Of a stretch of DNA of 64,000 nt, positions 50,248 to 64,000 are shown piece by piece. This DNA comes from Bigelowiella natans CCMP2755 (lineage: Eukaryota; Protista; Cercozoa). Each line of letters begins with the position of its first letter. Position 1 is the first letter of the stretch. Location of the stretch: assembly GCA_000320545.1 (NCBI GenBank), contig ADNK01003331.1:22577-86576 (forward strand). The letters run 5' to 3'. The translations under genes were made by a program, and so were the position numbers. The notes beneath the pieces are model-generated. The model worked only from the letters and a program-made list of their open reading frames with translations. It was not told the origin of the DNA and did not search any database.

Positions 50248-51694
50248 ACAACTTGGGGGTCGTAATGATGAATAACTACCCTCGTCACTGTTACACACTC
50301 CCCTTTCTTCTCAAACTTCAATAATATTTGCAGTTTATCGTTAAGGTCCTGGATAATGTTCAACTTGAAGTCGAAAAAACCTCTTGATCACGGAATCAAC
50401 GAGTAGTCTGTCGCCTACAAAGCGTAGGGGGGAAAATGTTTAGATCTATGAATACCTCTCATTTCTCATTTGGATTCGATGAATTATTTGAATTTCTTTC
50501 AATATAGGATTGTCTTTCGATGTGGGATCTCAAAACTATCCACTAAGCTTATCGAATCATGTGTAAGGTTGGCTCGTCGACAAGTCTTCTAGTCTAGTCC
50601 ACCATTTCTATTTATAGTACGAGTACCTAATTTCTTCGGCAGTAGTCTCTAATGGTGGTGACTAGACTGCAAAGTGAATCAGGAATAAAAATGCACAAAG
50701 ATCGAGGTTCGGGAATGGGTTCGGAAGAGGGGGGGGGTGCCAAGTTTGCCACTATAATTCTGTAAGACCCAGGTGGATAGGTATGATTCATACTCAGTTT
50801 ACCGATTATTACTTAATCTTAGATACTAATCCAGTCGTATTACGTATAACTTTCTTGGAATATCAAGTCTCTTCTACGTAATCAAAGGCACCTAGATGAT
50901 TAAAAACTTCTCACAGAGTCCGGATACTCAGGTATATCTCATTATTATTTTCTATGCCTGCGTCATGAGTTTTAATTAAATATAGTACTCCTGATATATT
51001 CTTGAAGCAAATAGGATAAAATTATAATTTATTATCACATAACAACAAAAAACGTGGTTTACAACCATCAATTCTTCATATTTTAAGTATAAATGTCCTA
51101 CTGATGTCAATATATATCTTATTTTGTGTTTCATTTTTTAAAATTCTATAGGCAACATTTTTTAATACATATGTATCCCGGTTTTTTCATGAGTCTCAGT
51201 GAACGGTGGACCCGCTTTTCAGCACTTGCGCTGAACATAATGGAAAGGCATTCCAATTTAAAAGGTACGGTAGACAAATTCATCAGCCTAATCTTTTGTG
51301 AAACTTCTTTTGATAATTATTCCTAAAAAATCTCTAATCTTCGTTTGTAAGGTACATGTTGCTTAATTGTTCCGCTTAAAAATTTTAAATTTGAGTTTCT
51401 ACCAGACCATTTTCACACATTAAAGCTGATAATATAAAGTTAAAAATGCGAAAACTTGAGTTCACTGTAGTTTAATGAGAATAAGACTGAAAAACTAACC
51501 AGGCATCGTTTCCAAATGCAGTCAATCAGAATTTTATTACATTTTCGGATAGGAAAGGCGGGCCGAACTCACCGAGAAAGGAACACAGGGGATTATCAAT
51601 GTCTGTAGCATCTTCACATCACATATTCAACATTTTAGGATGCATGCTTGTAGAAGTTACCTCCTCTTTAGTTCTCTAATGTAAGATCTATATT

Positions 51695-52697
51695 ATGGAA
51701 TTTGAACTTCATGAAGTCTATGATTCTTCTTCGAAACATACATACATCGATTCAAAACTGATATTCCCCCAAGAAATTACAGCTTGTACGACTCTCGAGA
51801 AGACTAATTGTTCTGGATTTTTGGTCAACTACTTCTCGGTTTTGTTTTTCTTGCGTATAGGAAGCAAGAGAGGGGCATTCTGTTTTTCATCATACTGTAG
51901 ATCCAAAATCTCACAGACTCGATATTTTTCGATACTGGATCTAGATCTAAATAATGGACACATTTGAGAAACAGACCACCTTGTCGCATTAATGCCATAT
52001 CCTTGAATTTTGAACATGACGAATGGTCTGAAATTTGTTTCTACGACAAGGGAAAACATGCATGCTTCAAAGCCCAAACCAAGATAGATCATCACAACCC
52101 AACGCACAACCTATTTTTTGGAGGAGGAGGAGGAGAGCACACGGATGATAATAACAAATCAATAAATCAATCAATGACGCCTTAGCAACATGCTTATTTT
52201 AAATGCTGCTCTGCGAGAGATTGCCTCAGTTTATACGAAGACGACGACGATTTCCTTTCATCTATACCTGCCGCCATTCCCGAAACCATGCATGGCGCAC
52301 AGTACTAAATTTGTGCACTGTACTCTTCTGATAAGATCAATGTATGTACCAATACACATAGATGGTGGTGCATCGTGGAGTGGATTCTTGGCGAATTATG
52401 GTCGAATCCGAGACGATGACGGTATTTACACGGTGAAGGACCTTGGAATTCATGCTGCGAACGGACGCCCACTTGGAGCTTGCTCATGTATCAAAGCTTC
52501 ATCAAAGGGCCATCTATACATCACAGATACATTTAACCACAGGATCATTAAGGTTGTGTGGTCATTTTGATGAATATTATTGTTCACCACAACAACGGTT
52601 GAGGGTCACTCACTACCATCTACTCACACTCAATTTCTATGCATACTATTTTACTACATACAACATAGCGTGCATGACTAACTTTCGAAAGATTGAT

Positions 52698-52741
<44 letters not shown>

Positions 52742-52914
52742 AATGATGATGATGATGATGATGATGGGTATATAGTGATGATAACTAATGACGTTAATTA
52801 CACGATAAAATCTTTGAGAAAACTGTTCCTCCTCACTAATTATTAAATGGAAAAAAGGTTTCAAATGTGGGAAGGTGTTATCATCACGGACCAAAAGTAC
52901 TTATTACATAACCT

Positions 52915-52949
<35 letters not shown>

Positions 52950-53118
52950 TGTTGTTGTTGTGATAGTAGTAGTTGTAGTTGTAGTAGTAGTAGTACGGCT
53001 ACCACCTATCACATAACCTGTAGTAGTAGTATTAGTAGTAGTAATAGTAGTAGTACGGCTACCACCTCCAATTTAGAAACATAGTTATCATCACCAAAAT
53101 CCTCCTCCTCCTCCTTCT

Positions 53119-53149
<31 letters not shown>

Positions 53150-53338
53150 GCATCCATGATTTAGCAGCAGCAGCAGCAGCAGGTTGAAGAGTATGCAGGT
53201 GGTGAGCAGGGGGATGCGGATGGACTAGGCTCAAACGCAGAGTTTAACTTCCCTCAAGCGTACGTACCACACCGCACGACGACGCAGCAACACAACATGC
53301 ATATGCAGTGTCAATAGTCACGCTTATGGGCTTTTTCT

Positions 53339-53377
<39 letters not shown>

Positions 53378-53670
53378 GCACACCGAGTTGAATTCTCGTA
53401 ATATGATCTGTATCTCTTACTTTGGGATGATGTTGATGATCATCCCCAATCAACAACAAAAATACTCTAGGGGAGGAGGTAGCATTATTAAATGTATTTC
53501 CATCATGTGTACCCAGGAATAAATAGCATAGAATAGTGTACACGTCGTCTTCGTCTATCCACCTATCCATATCTGGGTAAAGGATTGCACTTTATCATCT
53601 ATACACCTATCCATATCTGGGTTGAGGGCATTCACCAACCTACTTTATGATCGGTGCTTCTTCTTGTTGC

Positions 53671-53702
<32 letters not shown>

Positions 53703-53897
53703 ATTGTTATTGTTGTGATGGTGTCCATGCTGCTGGTAAAAAGTCTATGCATAGATTCTGATGAAAACGTATACGTTGCTGACACTGGTAACAACAAAAT
53801 ACGACGAATCTCTCACGAAGGTAGTGAAGAGAAAGGACAAGAAGGAACAATAACGAGAGAAGGATAATAATAAGAAAGGAGGGAAGGAGGAAGGAAG

Positions 53898-53959
<62 letters not shown>

Positions 53960-54158
53960 AGGCCCATCAACTGCCACCACCAGTCATTTTGACATTTCTG
54001 CACAAAACACTATTTACTTACCGCAAGACAGTAGTAGTAATAGTACTAGTAGTACCTGTTGAAAGCTTACTTTCAATACATATAATAACGAATATATATG
54101 TAGTGGATTTGTGGCTGCTGCTATTATTCCGTTTAGATTTAACACGCACGCACGCACA

Positions 54159-54199
<41 letters not shown>

Positions 54200-54251
54200 A
54201 CATATTTTTTCCTTCTCAGTACTATACTTACCACGACATATAATATAATAA

Positions 54252-54304
<53 letters not shown>

Positions 54305-55091
54305 TTGATATATTTTCTTATTGATAAACTTAACATGACGATACGATTACATCGCGTATGTGATGCGACAGGCCAACATGTTTCCTCGTTAGATTTCCAT
54401 CATGATCTTCCATATGATGGTGATGATGATGATGGTAATTGTCAATGGGGTGGTGAAGAAGCAGCAGCGAGTGGAAGAAGAAGAAAACGAAGAAGAATAA
54501 GAGTAGTATTGAAAGAGCCACAGGTGAGTAAGTGAGTGTGTAGGTAGAGTAGGGATTGAGTACTACTACTACTACTCAGTCAGTCACTCATTGAAAGTGT
54601 GTCACTGAGACTGCCTCACCGAATAACTAACTGCTACTGGGAGGAGGAGGAGGAGGAGGAGGAGGAGGAGGAGGAGGAGGAGGAGTTGTATGAAACTGCT
54701 GCAGATATTCGTCTTTTTTGAGCATTTCTCTGTGAACCATATATTCGTCCATCGTCGTCATCGTTTTCATAATATATGATAATGTAGAATAGTAGTAGTA
54801 GAGTATAAGTAGTAGTGTCACATCATCGTGTTGAAAAACCTCCTCCTCCTCCTTCTCCTTCCTCCTTATTATTACGACAACAACAACAAAAGGGTGTAGC
54901 GATGGATGCGAGTGGTTTACTATACATAGCTGACACAAACAACGGACACATCATCAGCACCCGAAAATGGAGGTACTACTACGTACTGCTACTATGCATA
55001 GCTGCTGCTCACACAAAGAACGGACATATCATCATAACTCGTAAATAGAGGAGGTGCTGTTTCTTCATGCTGCAGCATATATAGCTTTGTA

Positions 55092-55123
<32 letters not shown>

Positions 55124-55372
55124 TTACTCCTACGCAGCAGCAGTAGCAGGGATGTTCGTGATTTATGATGATGATATGCAAAACAATAACGAGTCATAAA
55201 CAAACTATAGCAGCAGCACAAAATAAGAAGTCGTCGTCAATATACAACAAGAAGAAGAAGAAGAAGAAATAACAGCTAGGAGAGAAGGGAAGAGACGCAG
55301 AGGGAGGGTTGTCACCTTACCCATACCTACTACTACTACTACTACTGCTACTCTTGTGTTTCATCTTTACTA

Positions 55373-55419
<47 letters not shown>

Positions 55420-55861
55420 CTCTCCTTTTTTCACCTAGACATCATCACCTTAATATTGCAGCATTTTAAAAGAGGAGATTAGCTGCAAGAAGAAGCAGCA
55501 GCAGCAAATGATGTTACAGCAAAATGAGAAGGAGGAGGAGGAGGAGAAGGGACAACAGCAGCAGCATCACGAAGAAGAAGAAGAAGGAGAAGAAGAAGTC
55601 AAATGTAACTAACTATATCCTACGCTGAGTAGCACTCTATCATCATCATCATCATCATCATCCTTATTAGTGGTAGCAGCAATAGATAGTAGCAATATTA
55701 TATAATAATTACTACTCGTAGTCGCTCACCACCAGTAGCACGCCTTCTCTCTGTTGTTTGTTCCAGTAGTACTACTACTAGTAGTAGTAGTAGCAGCAGT
55801 AGAGGTAATAGGAGGAAGAAGAGGAGAATCTGAAGCAGGGTCGATGTTCCATCGTTATGAG

Positions 55862-55894
<33 letters not shown>

Positions 55895-57352
55895 AACCCA
55901 GCAGCACAACGAAGAAGTGGTACCAGCACTGTGCCTACCAACCCCCCTCCCTACATATTCGAGCCGAGGTAATAAAAAATAGTTATCATGATTAGGCTTA
56001 AAGAGGAAGAAAAAGAGAAGAATTATGTTGGAAGAAGGAGCAGCCGTCGTGTTGTTTGTTTGTTTGTTTGTTACTTCCTTGAATGTGGTGAGATGATACT
56101 ACAACATACTGATTATATCAATCTACACACTGATACATGATACACAACAGGGATATCAGTGTGGATGGATACGGACGAGTGTTTGCTTTAGACTCTACTG
56201 ATCATATTATAGGTAGTAGATAATACTACAAACAGTAAGGCTGCTATTAGCGGTGGTAGAAGAAGAAGAAGAAGAAGAAGAAGAAGAAGAAGAATGAAAA
56301 AGAGAAAAGGAAATAGTAAACAAAAAGAGATCTGATATTTGTAATGATAAATGGCAAACTACTACTACTACTACTATTACTACTACTACTACTCAATTAC
56401 TCAGGTCCTTGTAGTCATCGTATATTAATTCTTTCTCCTACACCTAAGAGAAGGAATCAACATCATCATCATCATCATAATTCTCCTGGCATGATGACCA
56501 CCAACGAGAATAGTAATGATGGCGACAACAATTGTTGTTTCAAACCTTTTGCGGGGTATCTATCTACTACCCTCATTTTGTACTACTATTACTACTACTA
56601 CTACTACTACTATTGCTACACTGCTACTACTACTATTGCTACACTGCTACTACTACAAATTAATATTACTAAGAGACTAAAATTTGTGTGTTTCAATGAC
56701 GACTACTTTAGAGCCTGCACTCCTACTTGATCATCATCATTATCATTATCATCATGAGAATATGGTTCTTTCTTCTTACTAAAACTAAAAGCACCATGTT
56801 GTTAGTTCATTATTGTTGTTTATTTGTTTTTATCGTCAACCTTGTCTTAAGTCAATTTGGCAGCAGCTGATAACCACAAATTCCTCTTGTCATCATCATC
56901 AGCATCATCATTATCATCATCATATTAAATTCCTTTCAGTTGTTTTTATTCGCAATCATCTTTCCTTCTTCCTACTCATGGTGATCTTATGATGAGGATT
57001 ATGATGTTTTATAATGTACATCTGGATTAGATCGTTCAACTATGGATATCGAGACGGATGGGGAACAAATGCACGGTTTAAAGGACCACAAGGTAGTAAT
57101 AAGAGTAGTAGTAGTAGTAGTAGTAGAAGAAGAAGAAGAATTAGGATTTGGATATGACAAGTAGTAAGGTCTATATCATTGCCATTGAAGATCATCATCA
57201 TCATAATCATCATCATCATCACCATAAATGTTTTGTGTTGTTGTTGTTGTTGTTGTAGGAATCTGCTGTTTGTATGATGGAACAATCTATGTCGCAGGTT
57301 GTTGTTTACCTCCTCCTCCTCCTCCTCCTCCTTCTCCTCCTCTTCGTCGTGT

Positions 57353-57387
<35 letters not shown>

Positions 57388-57903
57388 TAACAGCTCTGGT
57401 TATATATCATATCCTACCTACCACTGCTGCTACTACAATTCAGCATTTAATACCTACCCAGTGTAGTATTCTGCAAGTTATTTATTATTGTACAAGCAAC
57501 TTGCAGCTTGCTATGTCTTTTCTTCTTCTTCTTCTTCTTCTTCTTCTTCTTCTTCTTCTTCTCGATCATTATGAAATGATGCTATCCTACTAGGAATATT
57601 TTCCTTCTTTTGAATCATAACCTCCATTCCATGGACCCCCTCCTTTTTCTTACGATGATCAAACTTCATAAATAGACACCTATAACCACAAAATTAGGGA
57701 AATATCTCCTGATGGTAATTATAACTATTAGCATTCATTCTCTATTTAATGAGGATGAGAGAGAGAGAGAGAGATAGACAGAGAGCAGACGGAGGGATCT
57801 AGAGGAGAAGAGGGATCTTTATTATATGATTACTGAAATATTACTGTACTTGACTCTGGTTGTTATAGTACATTCGTGGCTGCTACGTATACTATCAAAC
57901 ACA

Positions 57904-57938
<35 letters not shown>

Positions 57939-58514
57939 TCAAAGAGATGTAAAAAATTAGGTCAAGACTATCAAACACATTATTAAGCGTATACTACCAA
58001 ACACAGATTAATTATTATTCTCAAAGAGATGTGATGAATTAGGTGAAGTAACGACTATTCATACTTCTTCGCCGCTCGAATATCCAACAAGTCAGAAAGA
58101 CTACCACCGCTGCTTTTTACTACTTGACTGCTATTTATTACCATAACAAATCTGGGGTGGGTGGGTGGGTTGATTATGGTGGTGATTATTGGACTATACA
58201 GTGTTGTTCATCATCATCATCATCATCATAGGGAAGATGGTAGATATTTGTGTGCAGCAAGCAGCAGAAAGTACATCGTACTACTGCATCATCATCTCTC
58301 ACGCTTTCAACAACTTGCACATCGTCGTTGTTCACTATATATTATTATCACGTCTACCATTATTCATGTATTCGTGGTTATTTCTTCCTGTTTTTCATTC
58401 CAAGGTATATGTGCTTTAAACGGGGATTCATCCGTTACGGATGGAGTTAACAATCGCATCTTAAGATTGGTATTAAGCAATATATTCACTACTGTCACTA
58501 CGACGAATATTTGA
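51695..58514 (+). CDS. NHL-repeat (beta-propeller) protein, multi-exon; boundaries approximate
   Basis: GHLYITDTFNHRIIK; YAGGEQGDADGLGSNAEFNFPQ; LCIDSDENVYVADTGNNKIRRI; GVAMDASGLLYIADTNNGHI; GYRDGWGTNARFKGPQG; DGTIYVA/DTYNHKIREISPDG; VTDGVNNRILRL. Confidence 0.85.
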
Positions 58515-58794
58515 AGGAGGAGGATTTCACAAAGCGAGACGAGGAGGGGGGGTAGGAGAAGGGTATGTAGCAGCACTTCCGCATTTCAATTTAAAATAGA
58601 GTAGACAATAGATGGAGTTTGAAAAAGGTCTTGATTATGATGATCATCATATACAAGTACACCTTCTTCTTCTTCCAGACATTACCCACTCAGAAACACT
58701 ACCTTACCAAACGAAGGGCTGTTGTGCGGTAAGTAGTAGTGTGCAACCATAGCTCTATTTCAATCACCATACACACACGATATATTTATTGTGT

Positions 58795-58832
<38 letters not shown>

Positions 58833-58937
58833 CAAGTTTTGTGTTGCTTTCCATTCATAAAAAAAGTACATATGCAAGTACTACTACTACTATCTACTAC
58901 TACTACTATATACTACTACAACTTCCATGCGTACATG

Positions 58938-58974
<37 letters not shown>

Positions 58975-59099
58975 GTATAAGTTGGTAACAAATTGTTTGT
59001 ATCCATGATGCATAATGGTTGATATAGCATGATGGATGATGATTGATATAGGCTTGGATGTAGTTTGGACTCAAAAGTGTGCGGTGTATTGAGAAAAGG

Positions 59100-59803
59100 T
59101 CAAATCGTAGCAGCACTCAGGCAGCAGCAAGTAAATTAAAATATGCAATATATCGATAACATCATCATGATAATGACTCATATCAACAGTGGAAAAAGAA
59201 AGGTCCCACCCGCATTCAAGTTCGGATTTCTCATAGGGAGTTAGAAACGGAAGAAGAGGAGGAGGAGGAGGGGGGGGGGGGAGAGGGGACAACTGCTACC
59301 TCAGTTGCCGACATGACCAATACGAATAGTCGTTTACTAAAAGATAGTCATTATTTCAACGAAGAAGAAGAGTGGGTTCCTGGCAAGGTCAGATAAATGA
59401 TCATGATGATGATGATGATGATTATGATGATGATTATGATGATGATTATGATGATCATGATGATTATGATGATCATGATGATGATCATGATGATCCTTTC
59501 TCTTCCTCTCTCTTATATATATATTATATAATATCATCATTACAATGCACACGTGTGAATAATCTGCTCACAGAAAAGCAAGGAGGAGGGCAGTATAAAA
59601 AGAAAAGGAAAGAATATGCTACTACTCAGTAAAATAGGGTAATAATGATTATGATAGAGCAATCAATCAATCGATCAATCAATAAATAAAAATGCGGTAC
59701 TTTAGGGTGATAATAGTATATAATTCGTCGGAACATAACTGCACTTTATTTATTTAGCATAATTGTATGCTACAACTAGTCGTGAGTTAAGTAACCCTGA
59801 TGT

Positions 59804-59836
<33 letters not shown>

Positions 59837-62108
59837 AATGTATTTAACAGCTTTATATTATTGAATGATGCTAATACGATTAGATGGGTAAGTGCCACCG
59901 GGGGGGGAGGAGTTACGATACTAGACGCTTATGCTGCAGCGACAATGTAATAATAACGATAATAATAACTTTTTATAATACAAAATGGTAATGATGATGA
60001 TGATATGTTAATGTGATGGTAAGCATCACCACTTACAAATGTTATTCTTTGTTATTTCACGACGTACGTATAGTAGTATGTTGTAATATTCGTTTTTATT
60101 TCTACCATAATATCTACCGATTATCCGCCGCATTGTTTCTTCATCTTCCTTTCGACTAGATTACCATGTTATTATTTCACTTTGGTATCCCCCCCCCCCC
60201 CTCCCCCCCCTCCTCGTTATCCTCCTCTAAATGTAAGGTAAAATAAGATACGATTGCTGCATATAACGAGAATACACCGAAGATGCTTATTACTGAGTTA
60301 TCATCGTCTTTATATGACTCACTACTCAATTCCCATTATTTAGGCCGAAGGGAGGAGGAGGAAGAAACAACAACAACAACATCATATTGGGAACTGGTTG
60401 TTATTATTTTTGTCATGATCAATTCATTGTTGTATCAGATTCAATTGCCTCTTTCCAAGTTACTACTATTTTCATTTCTTTTTGAACGCAGTCGTATTTA
60501 CTACAACATCATCTTCCTCCTCGATAACAACTGAAATGAGTAGTAACTTTGGACATTATAATACTCGATACTACAAAAAAAGGGGAAGGAAAAGAAGGCT
60601 ATACACATTCTTCTCACATTATTTATTCTTTGTTGTTTGAATAATAATACGTGCAGCTAAGAAATATCCGAAGTCCTTTCAGCTGCAGGAGCAGACTTTT
60701 GGTCCTCCTCCTATGATGCCAGGGGTAATATGATATAAAGATACTGAGAGAGTAGACCTCATCAATTCTTTGTTTTATGCTGTTGTAGATGTGAGTGTTT
60801 AGATAAATCTCACATAAATCACCATATTATTACCATTCATACTCTTCTAGCTTAGCCACCATCATAGTCGTCATCATCACCATCATCATCATCTCCTTCT
60901 TCATCATCACCATCACCATCTCTTTCATCATCACCATCATCAATATGTACTACCACCCTAGTATGATTCAAGGGAGGTAGGCATGCTGCCATGTTGGAAA
61001 TGCAAGATGTATGGGGTAACAATAATAAGCAGTAGCAATAATCACCAATACAGTGCTACACAAAGACGTAATAAAATGTTTAAGCTTACAATTTCAATTT
61101 GTACAACTGTAAAGAACAAGCCATTCTATATATGCTATGTTTGTTTTGGTTCAATTTTCATAATTATTCTTACTATTGTTTTATTCTTATTTATTATCAT
61201 CATCATCATCATCATCATCATCATTCGTGTAGCATACGTGATTGCCTGTGTTGCTTGGGCATTGCTATTATATCTTATTACATGATATATTATCATTAAC
61301 TGCGTATGATGATGATGATGATGATACAGCATCCGTTCCAGTACTGTGCTACACCCGAGTTATATCTCAATCGATTGGATGACAACCAGGAAAATAAAAG
61401 GTAGTAGTACTGCTATCGATCCCTGCTCAGTAATTGATGATGATGACGATATTCACAAAATAACAAATACAACTCATCATCAATATAACTACTATTTTTA
61501 TGAACTCTATGATACTACTCAGAGATGGTCAGAGACTGTGGAAGTGGATTAAATCATGGGATGAATTTGTAACTATAGTACTACTATTTGTGTGTATATA
61601 TGAATAACAATGACGCCAAGATTAAGAACAAGTGAAGAAGAAGAAGTAGTAGGTGATGGTGGTGATGGTTTATTTTTCCATCATTATGTGAGCATTACTT
61701 ATGTACCATTATCATCATTGATTAAACACAGGCTGAGGCAGAATCATTTAGATGGTATAATGGAACTTGGCGTTGTGAGGAAATGAGGTGTAGAAGTGGT
61801 AGAGTAGGAGTAGTATTAGTAATAGTAGTAGTAAATAGTAGTAAGTAGTAGCAGTAGAACGAATAAGTAGTAAGTAGAACTACTGCCAATAAAAATCTAA
61901 TAATAATCTAGTGGTTAGTTAGTGATTGACAACACATCATGATTGTTATTATCGTGTAATAACAATATTTGTCAGCGAACGACTCCTCAAGTCATATAAT
62001 ACTACTGCTGCTACTACTTACTGCTTAAATAATTCATTCTGGATAAACTTATTATGACTATGTTTTAGGCAGTATTTATGGGGTCCATTTCTGCACCGGA
62101 TACCGATG

Positions 62109-62149
<41 letters not shown>

Positions 62150-62722
62150 GGGGGGAAGGGGGAACGACTACTACTACTACTAATGGATGAAGGCTATGAG
62201 TAATTGTTCAACACGAACAAAACGGGGAACAACATCAATGACGATGACATCGGCAGCACATATTATTAAGATAATCATCTTATTTTCTCCTTCCTTTCTT
62301 TATAATATATTTTGATATCTGTGTCCATGGGCCTTTTAGAAATAAAATGACACCAAACGTTGTTTATTTATACACCACCCCATATGATGAGTGTTCCCTA
62401 TGTGTTTTGAATGAATATTCCTTTAACTTCTTTTGTTGCCCTCTTTTCCTCTTATTACATCTTAAAGGACGACTATCCTTGTCCAAATGTAACATTGATT
62501 CGTGAGGAGTATGGCAGGGTAGTTTGCTATTATTCTTACAACACATAATACTACCGGTACTGCCATCATTATATTTCTCTTCACAATATTTCAACCACTC
62601 AATCAATCAATCAATCAATCACCTTTACTGTTTGATCATCAGGGAACATTAGGTGAAGTGCCAGGGGCCAGGTGTCGTGTTGATTGCTTAGATCTTCTGG
62701 CATTATGATATCACCCCCAGTG

Positions 62723-62782
<60 letters not shown>

Positions 62783-63069
62783 TGGTGTGCGTGCGTGCAT
62801 GCCTGGCTCATGAGCCTATGTGTAAGTAATAATCATTATCATTATCATCAGTAAGCAGCAGCAGCAGCAGCATTCAAAGAGGTCGTTATATTCATAATCA
62901 TCGTATGAAATACGCTTAGGTGTGATGCCACATTAGCAGAGAAAGAGGCCGCACTTAGAATCGCAATGGAAACGTAATAAGTGGAACGATTATCGGAACT
63001 ACTACTACTACTACTACTACTACTACTGTTTCTATTGCAAGACAGTACACACACGTACATCATGTATTT

Positions 63070-63100
<31 letters not shown>

Positions 63101-63810
63101 GTACGGTAGAACAATGATATTGGGAATGAGGAAAATATACGAGAGGAGTGTGCATGTGTGTAAAATGAATCTTTCCTTTTTATGCACATGTAGTAGTAAT
63201 ACTAATTAATAGTAAAAACAATAGTAATGCTGTTAAGATTTGTTGCTCTTTATGATCGTCGTCAGGGTTTCCATCGTTGTAACCTTTATCATTATTATTT
63301 ATCGTTGCCCTTCCAGGAATAAAGACTGGTTAAATGAAACTAAGCGTCTCGAGGTCAGTTGTATTTAATGATGATAGCAGAGGCGGAATAGAAACTATAA
63401 GAAAAGGATCGACGTAACATATCCATTATCGTTCTTCCTGGAATTTAATACACACTACTCCTTTTTAGGGGATTTGCGACATATACGTTTACGTCTTATT
63501 AATAATACATTATAAACAGTTCAATCACTGGCGAGCAGACCAGTACATTAAGAAACTTAAAAGGTAGTGGATGTTTGTTGGAGGGATAGGTAGAACTAGA
63601 GTCTGCTACTAAACTCTTGTGAATTTGCTCAAACATATTTGTACAACAATCTCTAGAGCTGTATATTTTAATGTATGATACATGATAACATAATTATTTT
63701 TATCTTGAATAATTATCATCATTGTCATCATTATCATGTCACACATTATAAACTTTTGTGTGTAATACCGGAAGATATGACCGAGGATTTCGCGCCAAGG
63801 TAGTATATCT
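59100..63810 (-). other. Exon-like fragments of a hypothetical gene probably continuing beyond the window
   Basis: Minus-strand blocks bounded by AG/GT (DILPWREILGHIFRYY ~63750-63810; GGDIIMPEDLSNQHDTWPLALHLMFPDDQTVK ~62622-62719; IEWLKYCEEKYND ~62560-62605; PFLTPYEKSELECGWDLSF ~59195-59252). No recognisable domain. Confidence 0.35.
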
Positions 63811-63830
63811 GTGATTTTATGTGTTTTGTG

Positions 63831-63872
<42 letters not shown>

Positions 63873-63877
63873 GAAAT

Positions 63878-63927
<50 letters not shown>

Positions 63928-64000
63928 GTATATATATGGGGTATATTAATACATATGCGCATATGCATACACACACACACACACATGCACACAATATATA

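Larger units (their letters stand above)
45500..64000. repeat. Dense microsatellite region: (TAG/CTA)n, (GAT/ATC)n, (GAA)n, (GGA)n, (AG)n, (GT)n, (TA)n (also dense at 20.6-27.4 kb)
   Basis: Directly visible in most introns and in several exons (poly-S/T/H/E/G/A runs). Confidence 0.9.

Noticed and set aside
52600-64000. Short ORFs made of poly-M/I/H/Y/L/ER/CV runs
   Set aside because: They are translations of intronic microsatellites.

Overview
Intron-rich, microsatellite-rich eukaryotic nuclear DNA. Signal-plus-transit-like leaders on a GDT1-family transporter and a metallophosphoesterase suggest an alga with a complex plastid (chlorarachniophyte-like; inference only). Host genes recognisable from spliced motifs: an ankyrin-repeat gene, a SAM-methyltransferase/RidA fusion, a calcineurin-like metallophosphoesterase, palmitoyl-protein thioesterase (PPT1), a GDT1/UPF0016 transporter, an orphan twin-C2HC zinc-finger gene, a syntaxin-6-like Qc-SNARE, a C2H2 zinc-finger factor and an NHL-repeat protein. 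The main observation is a set of discrete intergenic or mobile-element tracts (6.1-7.6, 9.2-9.85, 19.6-20.6 and 28.5-34.0 kb; weaker at 14.6, 40.3-41.1 and 44.5-45.4 kb) in which TpA has been almost completely removed, apparently by TA->TG/CA change (A:T->G:C), while CTAG survives. Genes and introns stay TpA-rich. The largest tract holds a RAG1/Transib-like DDE transposon whose proteins have no tyrosine, whose conserved Tyr motif reads Cys, and whose intron acceptor reads TGG instead of TAG. This looks like a RIP-like genome-defence mutator with the opposite polarity to fungal RIP. A small AT-rich virus-like insert (7.7-8.9 kb) appears only partly converted. All counts and exon boundaries were read by eye and need computational confirmation.
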